Source of the DNA: a virus | Virus record (IMG/VR): IMGVR_UViG_3300005663_000033 | Span: 49,444 to 113,443 of that record | Reading direction: 5' to 3' (one strand) | Length of the DNA: 64,000 nt | In this document: piece by piece, positions 8,497 through 18,528 of the stretch | How positions within the stretch are numbered: the stretch's first letter is position 1 | Layout: each line of letters opens with the position of its first letter | Program-made: the position numbers and the translations under genes | Notes under the pieces: model-generated | What the model saw: only the letters and a program-made list of their open reading frames with translations | Told to the model about the DNA's origin: nothing | Databases searched by the model: none

Positions 8497-8920
8497 TTAT
8501 ATGGAATTCTCAGAAGCCATAGAAAACTTGACACCAAAAGAACTTGAATGGTGGACTAATGAGTGGGATCGTGTCATAGACGCCTACGATGACAATCCAG
8601 AAAATGCTGATGATGATTCTCTTTGTCAAGATTTTTCTGTACAAAAAGACGAGAAACTCGTGTGGTTTCACGACGACGAAAGCGGAAATCCAGATAAAAT
8701 TGGAAATGTCGTCCAGCGATTCTTAAAACAGTTCCGCCCAAACGAATGTTTTTGGTTAACATGGGCCTCTTGGTGTTCTAAACCTCGCATTGGCGAATTT
8801 GGCGGTGGCGCAATTTTTGTTACAGCGGATGAAATTAAATGGCACAACGCCCATACCTGGACAGAACAAATGCGAGAAGAATGGCGAAAGAATCAGGAGC
8901 CTAGTAATGGCTCATCCTGA
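8486..8920 (+). CDS. hypothetical protein
   Basis: Overlapping ORF; CSKPRIGEFGGGA motif. Confidence 0.7.
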   Translation: MANNYMEFSEAIENLTPKELEWWTNEWDRVIDAYDDNPENADDDSLCQDFSVQKDEKLVWFHDDESGNPDKIGNVVQRFLKQFRPNECFWLTWASWCSKPRIGEFGGGAIFVTADEIKWHNAHTWTEQMREEWRKNQEPSNGSS

Positions 8921-9716
8921 CTATTGGTATGACAAATGGATGGCTAGTACTCAATCCAATGCTTGTGTCGTCAGGGTAACTAATCAATGCAATCAAAAGT
9001 GCAGACACTGCTGTTTTAGGTCTGGCCCCGAACACGTTGGTCAAATGTCTGTAAAAATGTGCGAAAAAATCAACGCCTGGGTTCCGGTTAGGGTGGCCCT
9101 CAACATCATGGGTGGTGAATTCAGTGTCTTGGACAATTATCCGGAAATGCTTGCGGCATTGTCTCGCGACAAAAACATAGTTCATCTAGTCACAAACGGA
9201 TTTTGGACAAACGACAAAGAAGGTATTTACAAATTCTTTTCAGCCATAAGGGGTATAAAAAGAACGTCTGAATGTGTCAGTGTAACCGTATCCAATGATC
9301 ACTGGCACAAAAAGTCGACAGATGATCTGATAAAAATATTGAAAAATAACGGATTGGATGTGACAATAGAAACCGCTAGAAACTTAGGACCCAAGGGGGA
9401 CAGAATTTCACCAATTGGTCGCGCATGGGACAATAAACTCGTTCCTTGTAATAGTATCCATTGTTCTTGTGAAGTAATGTCCAGTATGATCATCACAGAA
9501 GATGGAATGGTGAATAGATGTCCATATGGGTATTTCCCGTGGAAACACTTCAGCGAAACCACTTGGAATGAAGCCCAAGAATATATCTGGGGATGGCGTT
9601 CAGAGAAACTCTCAGAAGGAATGAACTGTCATTTATGCATGGAAGTAGATAATGCAAATCGTTGTAGATTTGTTAGCAACAAAACATCTCTAGCGGGAGA
9701 ACTAAGTAATGTCTAG
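8907..9716 (+). CDS. radical SAM protein with SPASM/twitch-like tail
   Basis: CNQKCRHC (CxxxCxxC), MGGE, LVTNG, C-terminal DGMVNRCP...CHLC. Confidence 0.85.
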   Translation: MAHPDYWYDKWMASTQSNACVVRVTNQCNQKCRHCCFRSGPEHVGQMSVKMCEKINAWVPVRVALNIMGGEFSVLDNYPEMLAALSRDKNIVHLVTNGFWTNDKEGIYKFFSAIRGIKRTSECVSVTVSNDHWHKKSTDDLIKILKNNGLDVTIETARNLGPKGDRISPIGRAWDNKLVPCNSIHCSCEVMSSMIITEDGMVNRCPYGYFPWKHFSETTWNEAQEYIWGWRSEKLSEGMNCHLCMEVDNANRCRFVSNKTSLAGELSNV

Positions 9717-9957
9717 TGATCAAAAAATTATTTTTAAACAAGAAGGTATTGGATTTTGTGGCATCCTGTTTATCGTCCTGCTTTTGCTTAAGGTGGGCGT
9801 CGTGGAGACGGTAGTTATGGGATGGTCTTGGTGGTGGATTACAGCGCCTTTGTGGGGTCCACTGAGCTTGGCGGTCAGCTTTATTGTTATTTGCCTTTTG
9901 TTAGTTTGTTTTTTAACTCTGGTTGGTTTTCTTATAGACTTGATATGTAAACGATAG
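9709..9957 (+). CDS. small membrane protein
   Basis: Two hydrophobic segments, WSWWWITAPLW. Confidence 0.7.
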   Translation: MSSDQKIIFKQEGIGFCGILFIVLLLLKVGVVETVVMGWSWWWITAPLWGPLSLAVSFIVICLLLVCFLTLVGFLIDLICKR

Positions 9958-10002
9958 ACACCATTAAAAAAGTACGCGCAAAGCAGGTGTCGGGAGAAAA
10001 AA

Positions 10003-10257
10003 ATGACTGAAGATGAATTTTCTGAAATAATAGATAAACTCACAAAAAATATGAGAGACGCTATTGGCAATAGTGACAATATCCTAAAAAGTATATCAGA
10101 TGATCCAGAAAGGTTTTCAAAATTGATGGAAACTGTTGGCAACATAGGAAAATCTCTGGAACTTTTTAGTCTCGCCACAAAATACCTGTTATTTGATTTA
10201 GAAGCCACGCGTCGTGAGAGGGATAAATTGCGTATGTTGCTGGAGGATCAACAGTGA
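10003..10257 (+). CDS. hypothetical protein
   Basis: GGGAG SD; KYLLFDLEATRRE motif, similar to the C-terminus of the 14548 ORF (LRFDNAATRNE). Confidence 0.7.
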   Translation: MTEDEFSEIIDKLTKNMRDAIGNSDNILKSISDDPERFSKLMETVGNIGKSLELFSLATKYLLFDLEATRRERDKLRMLLEDQQ

Positions 10258-10472
10258 CATCTTACTTAATAAAGTACCAGACTCGCAGGAAGCATAGATG
10301 TGCGAGCATTCCACAAGGGGAGTGGCAGGACAAAGAAATTAGGGTTGTTGCCGGTGAGGATGCTAGAGAGGCTCTTGATGAAATATTGGGCACTTTCAAA
10401 GGGTTTGATTTTCGTCTAAGGGGAATCGAAGTGTGTGGGCAAATAGATGTGATAGCGCAAAAGTTGCGCTAG
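10254..10472 (+). CDS. hypothetical protein
   Basis: GGAGG SD, GTGA overlap. Confidence 0.6.
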   Translation: MTSYLIKYQTRRKHRCASIPQGEWQDKEIRVVAGEDAREALDEILGTFKGFDFRLRGIEVCGQIDVIAQKLR

Positions 10473-10543
10473 AATAAATCAAATAGGCCAGGGATGTCAA
10501 AATAACACTTGGTAGTCCACCAGAGTATTCTGACCAACGCCTT

Positions 10544-10762
10544 TCATTCTTCTTCTGAAACTTCGCCATCTGTAAGCGAGTCGACAATTTTGTCAACAAC
10601 GCTTGATTGGATAGTCACCTTAGCTGGTATGTCGCTATGCTGTCTTGTACGAAAACCACCGTACATTTCCCAACTAGCCTCTCCTGCGGTTGTGATAGTA
10701 CAACCCATGATCCCAATCATCATAAATGCGCCCAACGTTAACGTTACAAATTTCTTGGTCAT
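10544..10762 (-). CDS. small lipoprotein (only convincing minus-strand gene)
   Basis: MTKK + hydrophobic stretch + lipobox IMG-C; AAGGAGG SD on the minus strand. Confidence 0.75.
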   Translation of the reverse strand: MTKKFVTLTLGAFMMIGIMGCTITTAGEASWEMYGGFRTRQHSDIPAKVTIQSSVVDKIVDSLTDGEVSEEE

Positions 10763-10886
10763 AACAACCTCCTTTTCTCCTATTTATACACCAACAGGAA
10801 ACAGTAATGTGGTACTAAAACGACGCCGCGTTATTGAAGAGGAACTTGAATTTTTGCTGTTCAACGACAAGTTAGAAAAACAAAAA

Positions 10887-10925
10887 TTTTGTCGAACAAA
10901 CAGCGGAGTTTGACGTATAATAAGG
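10887..10925 (+). promoter_or_regulatory. conserved phage promoter motif, copy 1
   Basis: TTTTGTCGAACAA-N16-TATAAT-AAGG. Confidence 0.8.
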
Positions 10926-10987
10926 TGTCAGCGTGTCGCTGCCACCGTGGGCTACACACAGACAAACGACTTTTAAGGGAGAAGGCG

Positions 10988-11278
10988 ATGAGAGTTAGAG
11001 TTGGTGATTTAGCGATTGCTAAATTTGATCCAGGCGATGGTGATATCAAGGCTGGTCGGAAATGGGATGAAATGGTATGTCTCGTGACAGGAACAAATAG
11101 TCATGGACCCAGTAAGTATCGTTATTATGAGTTTATTTACTGGGACGGTTGTGGATCAAGTTTCAGTATTACTAAAAATGGTCTTCCTACTTCTCGTCTT
11201 GTTCGTGTTCGACCAAAAAAGAAATGGGATGGTGCATTGTCCAGTCTGAAGATAAATGATGTTGAAACAGTCGCCTAA
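10988..11278 (+). CDS. hypothetical protein
   Basis: GGGAG SD before ATG 10988, downstream of promoter copy 1. Confidence 0.55.
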   Translation: MRVRVGDLAIAKFDPGDGDIKAGRKWDEMVCLVTGTNSHGPSKYRYYEFIYWDGCGSSFSITKNGLPTSRLVRVRPKKKWDGALSSLKINDVETVA

Positions 11279-11342
11279 ATTTCCATGTAGTACAGATCAG
11301 TTATGTACGACTGATCAAAATATTAATTTACGAAAAGGAGTG

Positions 11343-11666
11343 ATGAAAATGCAACAGACAGAACAGACAGAGCAGGTTGAACAGAGTGAGGGCGAAGTCC
11401 GGAACGACCCGGCATTTGAGGTAGTCGAAATTAATCTCGCGACTGGAGAAACAACGATCATAATCAAAAAGGGGATCGTTGGCGCAATGGCCAACCAGTT
11501 GAAAAACACCAGCAATCGTAGAAAGGGCTCAAGTATTCTCCGTAAGCTCGGTTACGTGTTATCTGATTGTGGCGATATCCAGTATGGTGGAGAAGTCAAT
11601 AAGACGGATATTGATCCTGATCTTGTAACTAACGAGGATGAAGTGTCAAACCCTGCTTTGGAGTAG
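11343..11666 (+). CDS. hypothetical protein (start 11343 or 11349)
   Basis: AAGGAG SD; followed by terminator. Confidence 0.65.
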   Translation: MKMQQTEQTEQVEQSEGEVRNDPAFEVVEINLATGETTIIIKKGIVGAMANQLKNTSNRRKGSSILRKLGYVLSDCGDIQYGGEVNKTDIDPDLVTNEDEVSNPALE

Positions 11667-11689
11667 GATCATAAATTGAGGAAACCAAC

Positions 11690-11719
11690 GGGGTCGGGTC
11701 GAAAGACCCGGCCCCTTTT
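11690..11719 (+). terminator. intrinsic terminator
   Basis: GGGGTCGGGTC-GAAA-GACCCGGCCCC-TTTT. Confidence 0.85.
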
Positions 11720-11728
11720 CTGTGGGGA

Positions 11729-12136
11729 ATGGAAATGAGTGAGTATCTTTGGGAAGATGTTGGTAAGGGTGTTTGGATGTGGCATATTCACCATACGAGG
11801 TTACTTGAGTTGAGTAGCGAGCCCTTGTTGGTTCGGGCTAAATATATCCGAGAAAATAAACCTGAAGAGGAAATCAACCTACGGCTCCGAATGATGCGAC
11901 CAGTTAAAAACCCGGATCGGATACCTGAAAAGGTTAAAGAAGCCGGGAAGGCACACGACGAGGTCAGGAAGGCATACAAAGAAGCCGGGAAGGCATACGA
12001 CGCGGCCGGGAAGGTATACGACGAGGCCTTGAAGGCACACAATAAGGCCTTGAGCCAACACTCTAAGGAAATCGAAGAATTGCATCGTGAAGAGTGTGAC
12101 TCAGGCTGTCCATGGAACGGCACTTCAATTTGTTAG
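11729..12136 (+). CDS. hypothetical protein with heptad repeats
   Basis: KEAGKAH/DEVRKAY/KEAGKAY/DAAGKVY/DEALKAH repeats. Confidence 0.7.
   Translation: MEMSEYLWEDVGKGVWMWHIHHTRLLELSSEPLLVRAKYIRENKPEEEINLRLRMMRPVKNPDRIPEKVKEAGKAHDEVRKAYKEAGKAYDAAGKVYDEALKAHNKALSQHSKEIEELHREECDSGCPWNGTSIC
11936..12052 (+). repeat. 21-bp imperfect tandem repeat (about 5.5 units), in frame
   Basis: AAAGAAGCCGGGAAGGCACAC / GACGAGGTCAGGAAGGCATAC / AAAGAAGCCGGGAAGGCATAC / ... Confidence 0.8.
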
Positions 12137-12166
12137 GGAACCCATAATGAACTCTGTAAGGAGGGG

Positions 12167-12535
12167 ATGGAAATGAGCCTAGCTTCGTGGAAGAAAGAGT
12201 TTTATCGAACACCAGCCAATAGGGTGTCCAAGGGATGGGCGATGAGGCATTCTATCGACAAGTGGACGGGGTTGTTGTGTCGAAACAGAAGAAAACACAA
12301 GGTCAATCTAGACGAAGGAGTTTTGTATGATAACAATAACGACAGTCAACAATTAGGTATTGATCGTCATTCGTGTGCTCTGTGCCATCATCACCAAAAG
12401 AATGGTTGCACAACATGCCCCGTAAAAAGAACTGGTAAGACATGTCATACCACATATTGGGATATGGTCAACGACAAAAAAGTGGCTCCGATGATCCGTT
12501 TGTTGAAAAAGGCTTCGGATAAACCAAAGAGTTGA
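12167..12535 (+). CDS. hypothetical protein, Cys-rich
   Basis: AAGGAGG SD; CALC...CTTCP...C. Confidence 0.7.
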   Translation: MEMSLASWKKEFYRTPANRVSKGWAMRHSIDKWTGLLCRNRRKHKVNLDEGVLYDNNNDSQQLGIDRHSCALCHHHQKNGCTTCPVKRTGKTCHTTYWDMVNDKKVAPMIRLLKKASDKPKS

Positions 12536-12578
12536 TTACGGAACCGTAGTGCTGGGTTGATAATATCATGGAGAAATT

Positions 12579-13151
12579 ATGAAAACGTTGACCACAGAAG
12601 AACAGCGTAAAATTAAGGACCGCTTTGAGAAACATGTTGATCGGCGATCTAGAAAAGATATGATCGATTTTCTCACTAGTCACTTCAGATATCACACGAT
12701 GAGTAGTTGGAATAGAAGTACTAGTTACGCACACTGCATCAAACTTCATCATCTCAGTATTCCAGATGATATTTGCGATACGATGTACGATATGGTATTC
12801 AACGACGAATGGGGAAATCACTTCAGTGAGATCATTGATCTATTCAGTATGTCGCACGACGATAACTGGGTGGTAGGAACAAACGGTCGTTCTGGTGGTT
12901 ATCTCGTCCTCTACAAAGGGACTGTCAAAAATGGACGCAGAGGTTGTCTCCTCGGGTCAATAGATCAAGAAGAGGACTTCCATGAATGGGATAGGGATGA
13001 ACTCAGGGCACGAGTAAACTCAGTGTGTAGCTTTGATATGTTAGTTTCGAATGTAGCCATGGAATTCGTAGCATTCTGTCGAACATATAACATAATAGAT
13101 GAGACTATCATGGTTCAAAAGACTGTCCAAGTTCTTAGGGAGAAACAATGA
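12579..13151 (+). CDS. hypothetical protein
   Basis: GGAG SD; HFRY..M.SWN and GTNGRSGGYLVL motifs. Confidence 0.7.
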   Translation: MKTLTTEEQRKIKDRFEKHVDRRSRKDMIDFLTSHFRYHTMSSWNRSTSYAHCIKLHHLSIPDDICDTMYDMVFNDEWGNHFSEIIDLFSMSHDDNWVVGTNGRSGGYLVLYKGTVKNGRRGCLLGSIDQEEDFHEWDRDELRARVNSVCSFDMLVSNVAMEFVAFCRTYNIIDETIMVQKTVQVLREKQ

Positions 13152-13888
13152 TAACTCACGATGAAGCAAAATCGAAATTCAAAAAGTGTAGGAACAAAGA
13201 ACGCGGTTACAAGTTAGCAAACAACACCAGAATTCAGGAGCGTGGACATGCTTTTGCCGTCCGACTCCACAAGACTGATGTGGTGATGATTCGTCCTGAC
13301 GGAACATATCGTCTCAATACTGGTGGGTGGCGCACTGTTACAACTAAAAACCGAATGAATATGGTACTGCCCGACTCCTGTTGTGTCTCGCAAATAAATG
13401 GCCTTTGGTTTGTAGGACCTGAGAATACACCCTATTCCGACAGAATGTTGATAGGATCAGACGGGAAGGCTATCGGAGCTAAACATCTTGGAGATTTGCC
13501 GAAAATCAAACGAATAGTAGATCGTCGCATAAGCCAGTTTATAAAACTGCTAACAAAATTCTGTCAAGGAAGAGATATGGGGACATGGGATAGCTACGGA
13601 AAGCGCACCGTTCCACATAACAGCAATAAGACTCATTTGAGAAAATTATGGATTACAGCAAGACAAACTGTGTCGATTGACATTGATGACGGATTCAGAT
13701 TAGTCCATCTCGCTACTCTAGCTCGTGGTCATTGTAATCCAAAGTTTGTTTGGGACAACATGATTCAAATAGCATGTTCCAATGATAGAGAGTCTCACTT
13801 TATTGTCGACAACCTCAGATCATTTATGAGGACACGAAAGCCGTTTATTGCGGAAATGATCTCTAAAAAGGAACTCGAACTATGTTAG
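13148..13888 (+). CDS. hypothetical protein
   Basis: ATGA overlap; LNTGGWRTVTTKNRMN motif. Confidence 0.7.
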   Translation: MITHDEAKSKFKKCRNKERGYKLANNTRIQERGHAFAVRLHKTDVVMIRPDGTYRLNTGGWRTVTTKNRMNMVLPDSCCVSQINGLWFVGPENTPYSDRMLIGSDGKAIGAKHLGDLPKIKRIVDRRISQFIKLLTKFCQGRDMGTWDSYGKRTVPHNSNKTHLRKLWITARQTVSIDIDDGFRLVHLATLARGHCNPKFVWDNMIQIACSNDRESHFIVDNLRSFMRTRKPFIAEMISKKELELC

Positions 13889-14109
13889 AAGAACCTATGG
13901 ATAGAAACTTCGCTATTTTCAATATCAAAGATGAAGATAGACAGAGAGCGGATGCTGGTTTTCTTAGACGATTTGGCCAGGAAGTCTTCGATAGAGAAAT
14001 TTCTCCAATCCATAAAGCTGGAATTATGTCTGTTTTCCATAATCCACCAAATAAGTGGACCACATGGTATGTGGAAACAGTTGCGTTTTTAGTCAACGAG
14101 AGACGGTAG
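13882..14109 (+). CDS. hypothetical protein
   Basis: Overlapping ORF with SD. Confidence 0.55.
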   Translation: MLEEPMDRNFAIFNIKDEDRQRADAGFLRRFGQEVFDREISPIHKAGIMSVFHNPPNKWTTWYVETVAFLVNERR

Positions 14110-14118
14110 GGCACAAAT

Positions 14119-14319
14119 ATGGAACAGTGTGCTTTTCCACGGTGCAAAAATCTATCTGATTATGAGTATATCGGACGAGATATTTGCGAAATTCACTGGG
14201 GACTGCTTTGTGAGGCGGATAGCAAGACAGAAAAAGGATTATTGAAAAAGATCGGCCTAGTCAGAAATTCTAAAGGGTCTGTAGTTCCGATAAAAAGGAA
14301 AGGCGATGAAAAAGATTGA
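14119..14319 (+). CDS. hypothetical protein (possible C3H zinc site)
   Basis: CAFPRC...CEIH. Confidence 0.55.
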   Translation: MEQCAFPRCKNLSDYEYIGRDICEIHWGLLCEADSKTEKGLLKKIGLVRNSKGSVVPIKRKGDEKD

Positions 14320-14464
14320 TTGGAAAAGTATTTGGGAAGATTTTGATACATGGATGATTAATCATCATCCTGGACGAATGACCCCATCTCTGGTAAAACA
14401 ACAGTGTAAAATACAAAGACTTATCAACGCCCAGGTCCGAGAAATCGTACAAAAGAAAATCTAG
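14306..14464 (+). CDS. small hypothetical protein (52 aa, not in ORF track)
   Basis: MKKIDWKSIWEDFD...; AAGG SD; ends just before promoter copy 2. Confidence 0.5.
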   Translation: MKKIDWKSIWEDFDTWMINHHPGRMTPSLVKQQCKIQRLINAQVREIVQKKI

Positions 14465-14466
14465 AT

Positions 14467-14505
14467 TTTTGTGGAACAAATTGCTTAGTTGGACGTATAA
14501 TAAGG
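14467..14505 (+). promoter_or_regulatory. conserved phage promoter motif, copy 2
   Basis: TTTTGTGGAACAA-N16-TATAAT-AAGG. Confidence 0.8.
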
Positions 14506-14547
14506 TAGGAGATTCTAGCGACAGTGCGTAGGGGGTGAGAATACAAC

Positions 14548-14760
14548 ATGAACAAACAACAAATTGCAGCCAAGTTGAGAGCAATTTTGTGTCAAGCCGA
14601 TAGTATGTCTGGACTACTCAGCCGTAAAAGATCATCTAAACACGCAGATGATATTGAAGTTTTGCTGGAGCACATATCTCTTCTTGTAGCTGATCTGCGG
14701 TTTGACAACGCAGCTACGCGCAATGAACTCTGGCAAGTACGAGATATTCTTGAAGAATAG
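14548..14760 (+). CDS. hypothetical protein
   Basis: First ORF after promoter copy 2. Confidence 0.6.
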   Translation: MNKQQIAAKLRAILCQADSMSGLLSRKRSSKHADDIEVLLEHISLLVADLRFDNAATRNELWQVRDILEE

Positions 14761-14802
14761 ACCGTTCATTTCTTTAGTCACTTAGTTTAAGGGGACAATA
14801 AT

Positions 14803-16362
14803 ATGAAGGACTTCGCCACGGATTTTGCCGATTATTGTTGTTCAGGTCACGCCCTATTACATGTAGAAACCTTCGAAAAAGATCGGGTAATAAGCGAGAT
14901 TGCGAAGGTGGCTGACGCTATGAATCGTAAGGTCTATATTTGGTCTATCGCTCGTGGATGGATAGACAAGAATGGTGGTTCTGTATGTGGTGTCAAACCC
15001 TCTGCTCAGATCGAAGAACACTTGCAGGCAATCGTTGAATTCCCGAATAGCGTTATCTGCATACTGCGCGACTTTGGCATATATATGCAACACGAAACCT
15101 ATTCCTATGATGATGTTGTTGTTGGATGGTTGGATGAGCTTCGCAAAATCGTAGGATCAGTCAACCAAAATATCGTTTTCGTTGGTCCAGATTTTAAGGT
15201 CCCCAAACCATTGCTGCATGATATTACGAAGATTGATTTTGATCTACCAGATAATGATCAAATCAGTGAACGAATCGATTTTGTTTGTAGTGATGTGGTC
15301 AAAGCCAATGGGGAAAAGTTCGAACCAAATAAAGATATAATTCCACATATCATTGATTCTTGTCGTGGTATGACTTCACAACAGACGGTCGATCGTGTTG
15401 CTCTAGCCCTTCGAAAACACAAGGACTTGAATGAGGATGCCGTGCGCACCATCGTCAGAGAAAAGGCCAGCATTATTCGTGCATCTGGACTCCTCACATA
15501 CATAGAACCGCCAAAAGGAGGACTAGCTAATGTCGGTGGATATGACGCACTAAAACAACACGTCCTCCTAGATCAACCATGTTTTACTCAAGAGGCGAGG
15601 AAGTTTGGAATAGAATTCCCCAGAGGACTTATGCTTGTTGGAATACCGGGCTGTGGAAAAACGCTGCTGTCTCTAGCCATCGCATCGGAACTTGGTTTGC
15701 CGCTCATCTCCATGGACGTTGGCAATCTAATGGATAAATATGTTGGTGAGTCCGAGGGCAATATGAGGGAAGCAATTAAGATGTTAGAAAGTATCGCCCC
15801 GTGTGTTTTACAGTTGGACGAAATAGAGAAAGGTTTTGGTGGCACGTCTGACATGGATGGTGGTTCGTCTCGTCGAGTATTCGGCACCTTCATCAAGTGG
15901 CTAAACGACAGAGAATCCCCCGTATACGTTGTTGCCACAGCCAACCAAGTCCAATCTCTCCCACCTGAGTTTTGTCGTAAGGGTCGTTTCGATGAGATAT
16001 ACGGACTCGATCTACCAAACTTCGAAGAACGTAAAGAAATCTTCTGTATTCATCTCTCGAAGAGGGAAAGAAAACCAAGTGATTTTGAAGTTGAAAAGTT
16101 ATCTGAAATCAGCCAAGGGTATACAGGAAGTGACGTTGAACAAACTATCAAACTTGGTCTAAAGATGGCTTTCTCAGAAAACAGCGAGCTTACAACAACC
16201 CATCTCATGAAAGCTATTTCTAATATAGTTCCACTTTCCAAAACAGAAGAGAGCCGAATTAAGGAAATCAGACAGTGGTGTAAGATGCATGCGCGGGCTG
16301 CAAATCCAAGTAAGAAAAATAGTCCACGTGGGGACAACGCCAGGACAGTCTCACTAAACTAA
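14803..16362 (+). CDS. Ycf46-like AAA+ ATPase
   Basis: Degenerate N-terminal AAA-like domain plus active domain: GIPGCGKT (Walker A), LQLDEIEK (Walker B), ATAN, LPPEFCRKGRFDE. Confidence 0.9.
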   Translation: MKDFATDFADYCCSGHALLHVETFEKDRVISEIAKVADAMNRKVYIWSIARGWIDKNGGSVCGVKPSAQIEEHLQAIVEFPNSVICILRDFGIYMQHETYSYDDVVVGWLDELRKIVGSVNQNIVFVGPDFKVPKPLLHDITKIDFDLPDNDQISERIDFVCSDVVKANGEKFEPNKDIIPHIIDSCRGMTSQQTVDRVALALRKHKDLNEDAVRTIVREKASIIRASGLLTYIEPPKGGLANVGGYDALKQHVLLDQPCFTQEARKFGIEFPRGLMLVGIPGCGKTLLSLAIASELGLPLISMDVGNLMDKYVGESEGNMREAIKMLESIAPCVLQLDEIEKGFGGTSDMDGGSSRRVFGTFIKWLNDRESPVYVVATANQVQSLPPEFCRKGRFDEIYGLDLPNFEERKEIFCIHLSKRERKPSDFEVEKLSEISQGYTGSDVEQTIKLGLKMAFSENSELTTTHLMKAISNIVPLSKTEESRIKEIRQWCKMHARAANPSKKNSPRGDNARTVSLN

Positions 16363-16371
16363 GGAGATATT

Positions 16372-17382
16372 ATGAGTACCGCAACGGTGCAGAAATCAAA
16401 GTCTAACCAGGACACCATTAATCTTTTCGAAGTCGGGTGCCTGGTCAATCTAAGAATTAGCATGTGGTCTGGGAGAAAAATGTTGACCCGTGCTGATCTT
16501 GTTCATGTTGGTTACGACCCCGACAAACTTCCTGAAGATATAGTAAATCTCGGAAGAAAGCTTATGGTTCCCAAGTCGGAACTGCAAACTCTAAATCAAA
16601 TCGAACAGCGCGCCCGTAAGGCGTTGGAACGTTGGTCCGTACCATTTGGTATTGCCAATGCTCACTTTGTCCCATCGACAATGATTATGACGGTCGAACA
16701 ACAGGTCAAAGAATTGAAAAAAGAGTTTTTCGTTAGAGTTGACAGCTTCATTAGGCGTTTCGACGATCTTATCAAGGCAGTAAAGGACGCTCATCCAGAA
16801 TTCTGGGATAAGTGTTTAAAGGGGCACTATCCGTCCAATCCAAAATCGTTGAGACAATTGTTCCAGTTTGACTGGTATACCTTCAAGATATCTGGAGTAT
16901 CCGCGATCGAAGAGGTCAGTGCGGAGGAAGTGGTTGCTAAACAAAAGGTGCAAAACGAACGAGAAGTAGAATTGCGTCAACAAATGCAAACCGCTGTAGG
17001 TGAGTTTGTAGGAGAGTATGTAACCACCATGAGGGACGAAACTGTTAGATTTTGTAACCTAATGACGGCTCGTATCAATGGTACGCCCTTTGAGGATGAA
17101 GAAGATGTCAAAGGTCTGACTCCAAAATCTATCTCATGCTTCCGCAATTATATCGATCGCTTCCGGTCAATGAATGTCTTCGGGGATGGAAGTATTGAAA
17201 AGATGTTATCAGAATTCCGAGACACGTTCTTGGATTCTGGTGTTACTCCACAGGATTTTGAGTCGGCAACAGTTGCTAGTAGCATAACAAAGGCGCTCGA
17301 AGCCATTCGGAACAAGGCTGCCGCTGAAGGTGAAAGTGGTAGTCAGTTTATTGGGGAACTAAAAAGGAGGATTGTGATATGA
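16372..17382 (+). CDS. DUF3150-like protein
   Basis: LRISMWSGRK...LGRKLMVP, coiled coils, FRSMN; directly follows the AAA gene. Confidence 0.6.
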   Translation: MSTATVQKSKSNQDTINLFEVGCLVNLRISMWSGRKMLTRADLVHVGYDPDKLPEDIVNLGRKLMVPKSELQTLNQIEQRARKALERWSVPFGIANAHFVPSTMIMTVEQQVKELKKEFFVRVDSFIRRFDDLIKAVKDAHPEFWDKCLKGHYPSNPKSLRQLFQFDWYTFKISGVSAIEEVSAEEVVAKQKVQNEREVELRQQMQTAVGEFVGEYVTTMRDETVRFCNLMTARINGTPFEDEEDVKGLTPKSISCFRNYIDRFRSMNVFGDGSIEKMLSEFRDTFLDSGVTPQDFESATVASSITKALEAIRNKAAAEGESGSQFIGELKRRIVI

Positions 17383-18098
17383 CAAAAGCGATTGACATTT
17401 TGCGTCGTTGTAAAGAACTCTTCGAGAAGGGACTTGTCGGAATTCCTATAGGCCAGAGTATTGGTTCCGACTGGGTTGATGATGTAGAAATAGATATCAA
17501 CAACTTCTTAACGGGATACAATGAAATCACCCTAGGTAGTTGTTATCATACTGGCCTTGCATACTCTCTAGCTTACGATGCACATGGAATGGTGGAACTG
17601 TCTGGTAAAACATTCACCAATCTAGACACTGGTGTCGATGGTGGAGCAATGGCTGCTCTAAAAGAATACCAACGAAATTTAAATCCTGATCGAGATGTCC
17701 CTTTCTTCATTGTCGCACTTAAGCCAGTCAAAATCTATAGGCCTCCAGACTTGGATGTTTGTGACGATTGTTTTAAATGGAAGAAAGATTGCGCCTGTGA
17801 CGAAAATGATACCACCAACTCCGGGTGTAATTGCCTTGATGGTAATTGTGATGACGATTGTTGCGAAAACTGTGGTGAGCTATACGAACATTGTCAGGGT
17901 CTTTGCCTCGATAATTACGACCCATGCGACGAATGCGGTAGCTCGGATTGCGATTGTTGGGTTTATCAAGAGTCTTATTGCCAAAATTGTGGCCTGGTTG
18001 ATTATAAGTGTTTTTGCCCCGACGGATGTCGGTGCAACAATGAGGTGGTCGCTCCACCTCTGAATGCGTTTGATAGGGCAAGGTTCCTGAAGGCATAA
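17379..18098 (+). CDS. hypothetical protein with Cys/Asp-rich C-terminal half
   Basis: Many CxxC and CxC motifs. Confidence 0.65.
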   Translation: MTKAIDILRRCKELFEKGLVGIPIGQSIGSDWVDDVEIDINNFLTGYNEITLGSCYHTGLAYSLAYDAHGMVELSGKTFTNLDTGVDGGAMAALKEYQRNLNPDRDVPFFIVALKPVKIYRPPDLDVCDDCFKWKKDCACDENDTTNSGCNCLDGNCDDDCCENCGELYEHCQGLCLDNYDPCDECGSSDCDCWVYQESYCQNCGLVDYKCFCPDGCRCNNEVVAPPLNAFDRARFLKA

Positions 18099-18109
18099 GG
18101 GAAACTATA

Positions 18110-18523
18110 ATGAGCAGATATTGTACAGTACGAACTGAATTCATGGATGGCAGGGCTCTAATAGAAGCTCTCGTGGAGACTGGCCATTGGACAGCAGAAC
18201 AAATCGAAATTCACCATGAACCACAACATCTTCTTGGATATAAAGGCGACAGGCGCAAAGAAACAGCCAATATTATTATTCGTAGTAAACATGTAGGTAG
18301 ATTATCAAACGATATCGGTTTCGCCAAAGGGGAAGACGGTAATTATGTAGCAATAATTTCCGAATACGACTCTGGTAGGTATGGAAAAAAGTGGATCGGC
18401 CAATTGACGGGCAATTACGCTTATCACAGAGTCCGTAGAGAGCAAGAATCTCGCGGTCGCAATGTGTCTAGGGAACGTGGACGGGATGGTCGCCAAAGAG
18501 TGACTATCACAGGTTATAGGTAG
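18110..18523 (+). CDS. DUF1257 (Ycf35-like) protein
   Basis: MSRYCTVRTEF...L.EAL...GYKG...NDIGF...Y..IISEYD. Confidence 0.75.
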   Translation: MSRYCTVRTEFMDGRALIEALVETGHWTAEQIEIHHEPQHLLGYKGDRRKETANIIIRSKHVGRLSNDIGFAKGEDGNYVAIISEYDSGRYGKKWIGQLTGNYAYHRVRREQESRGRNVSRERGRDGRQRVTITGYR

Positions 18524-18528
18524 AAACT

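Noticed and set aside
10509-10913. + strand 134-aa ORF
   Set aside because: It is the shadow of the minus-strand lipoprotein gene, which has a strong SD and lipobox, and it runs into promoter copy 1.
11936-12052. Tandem repeat as a mini-CRISPR or DGR template
   Set aside because: Units abut with no spacers and keep frame; no reverse transcriptase gene is present in the window.
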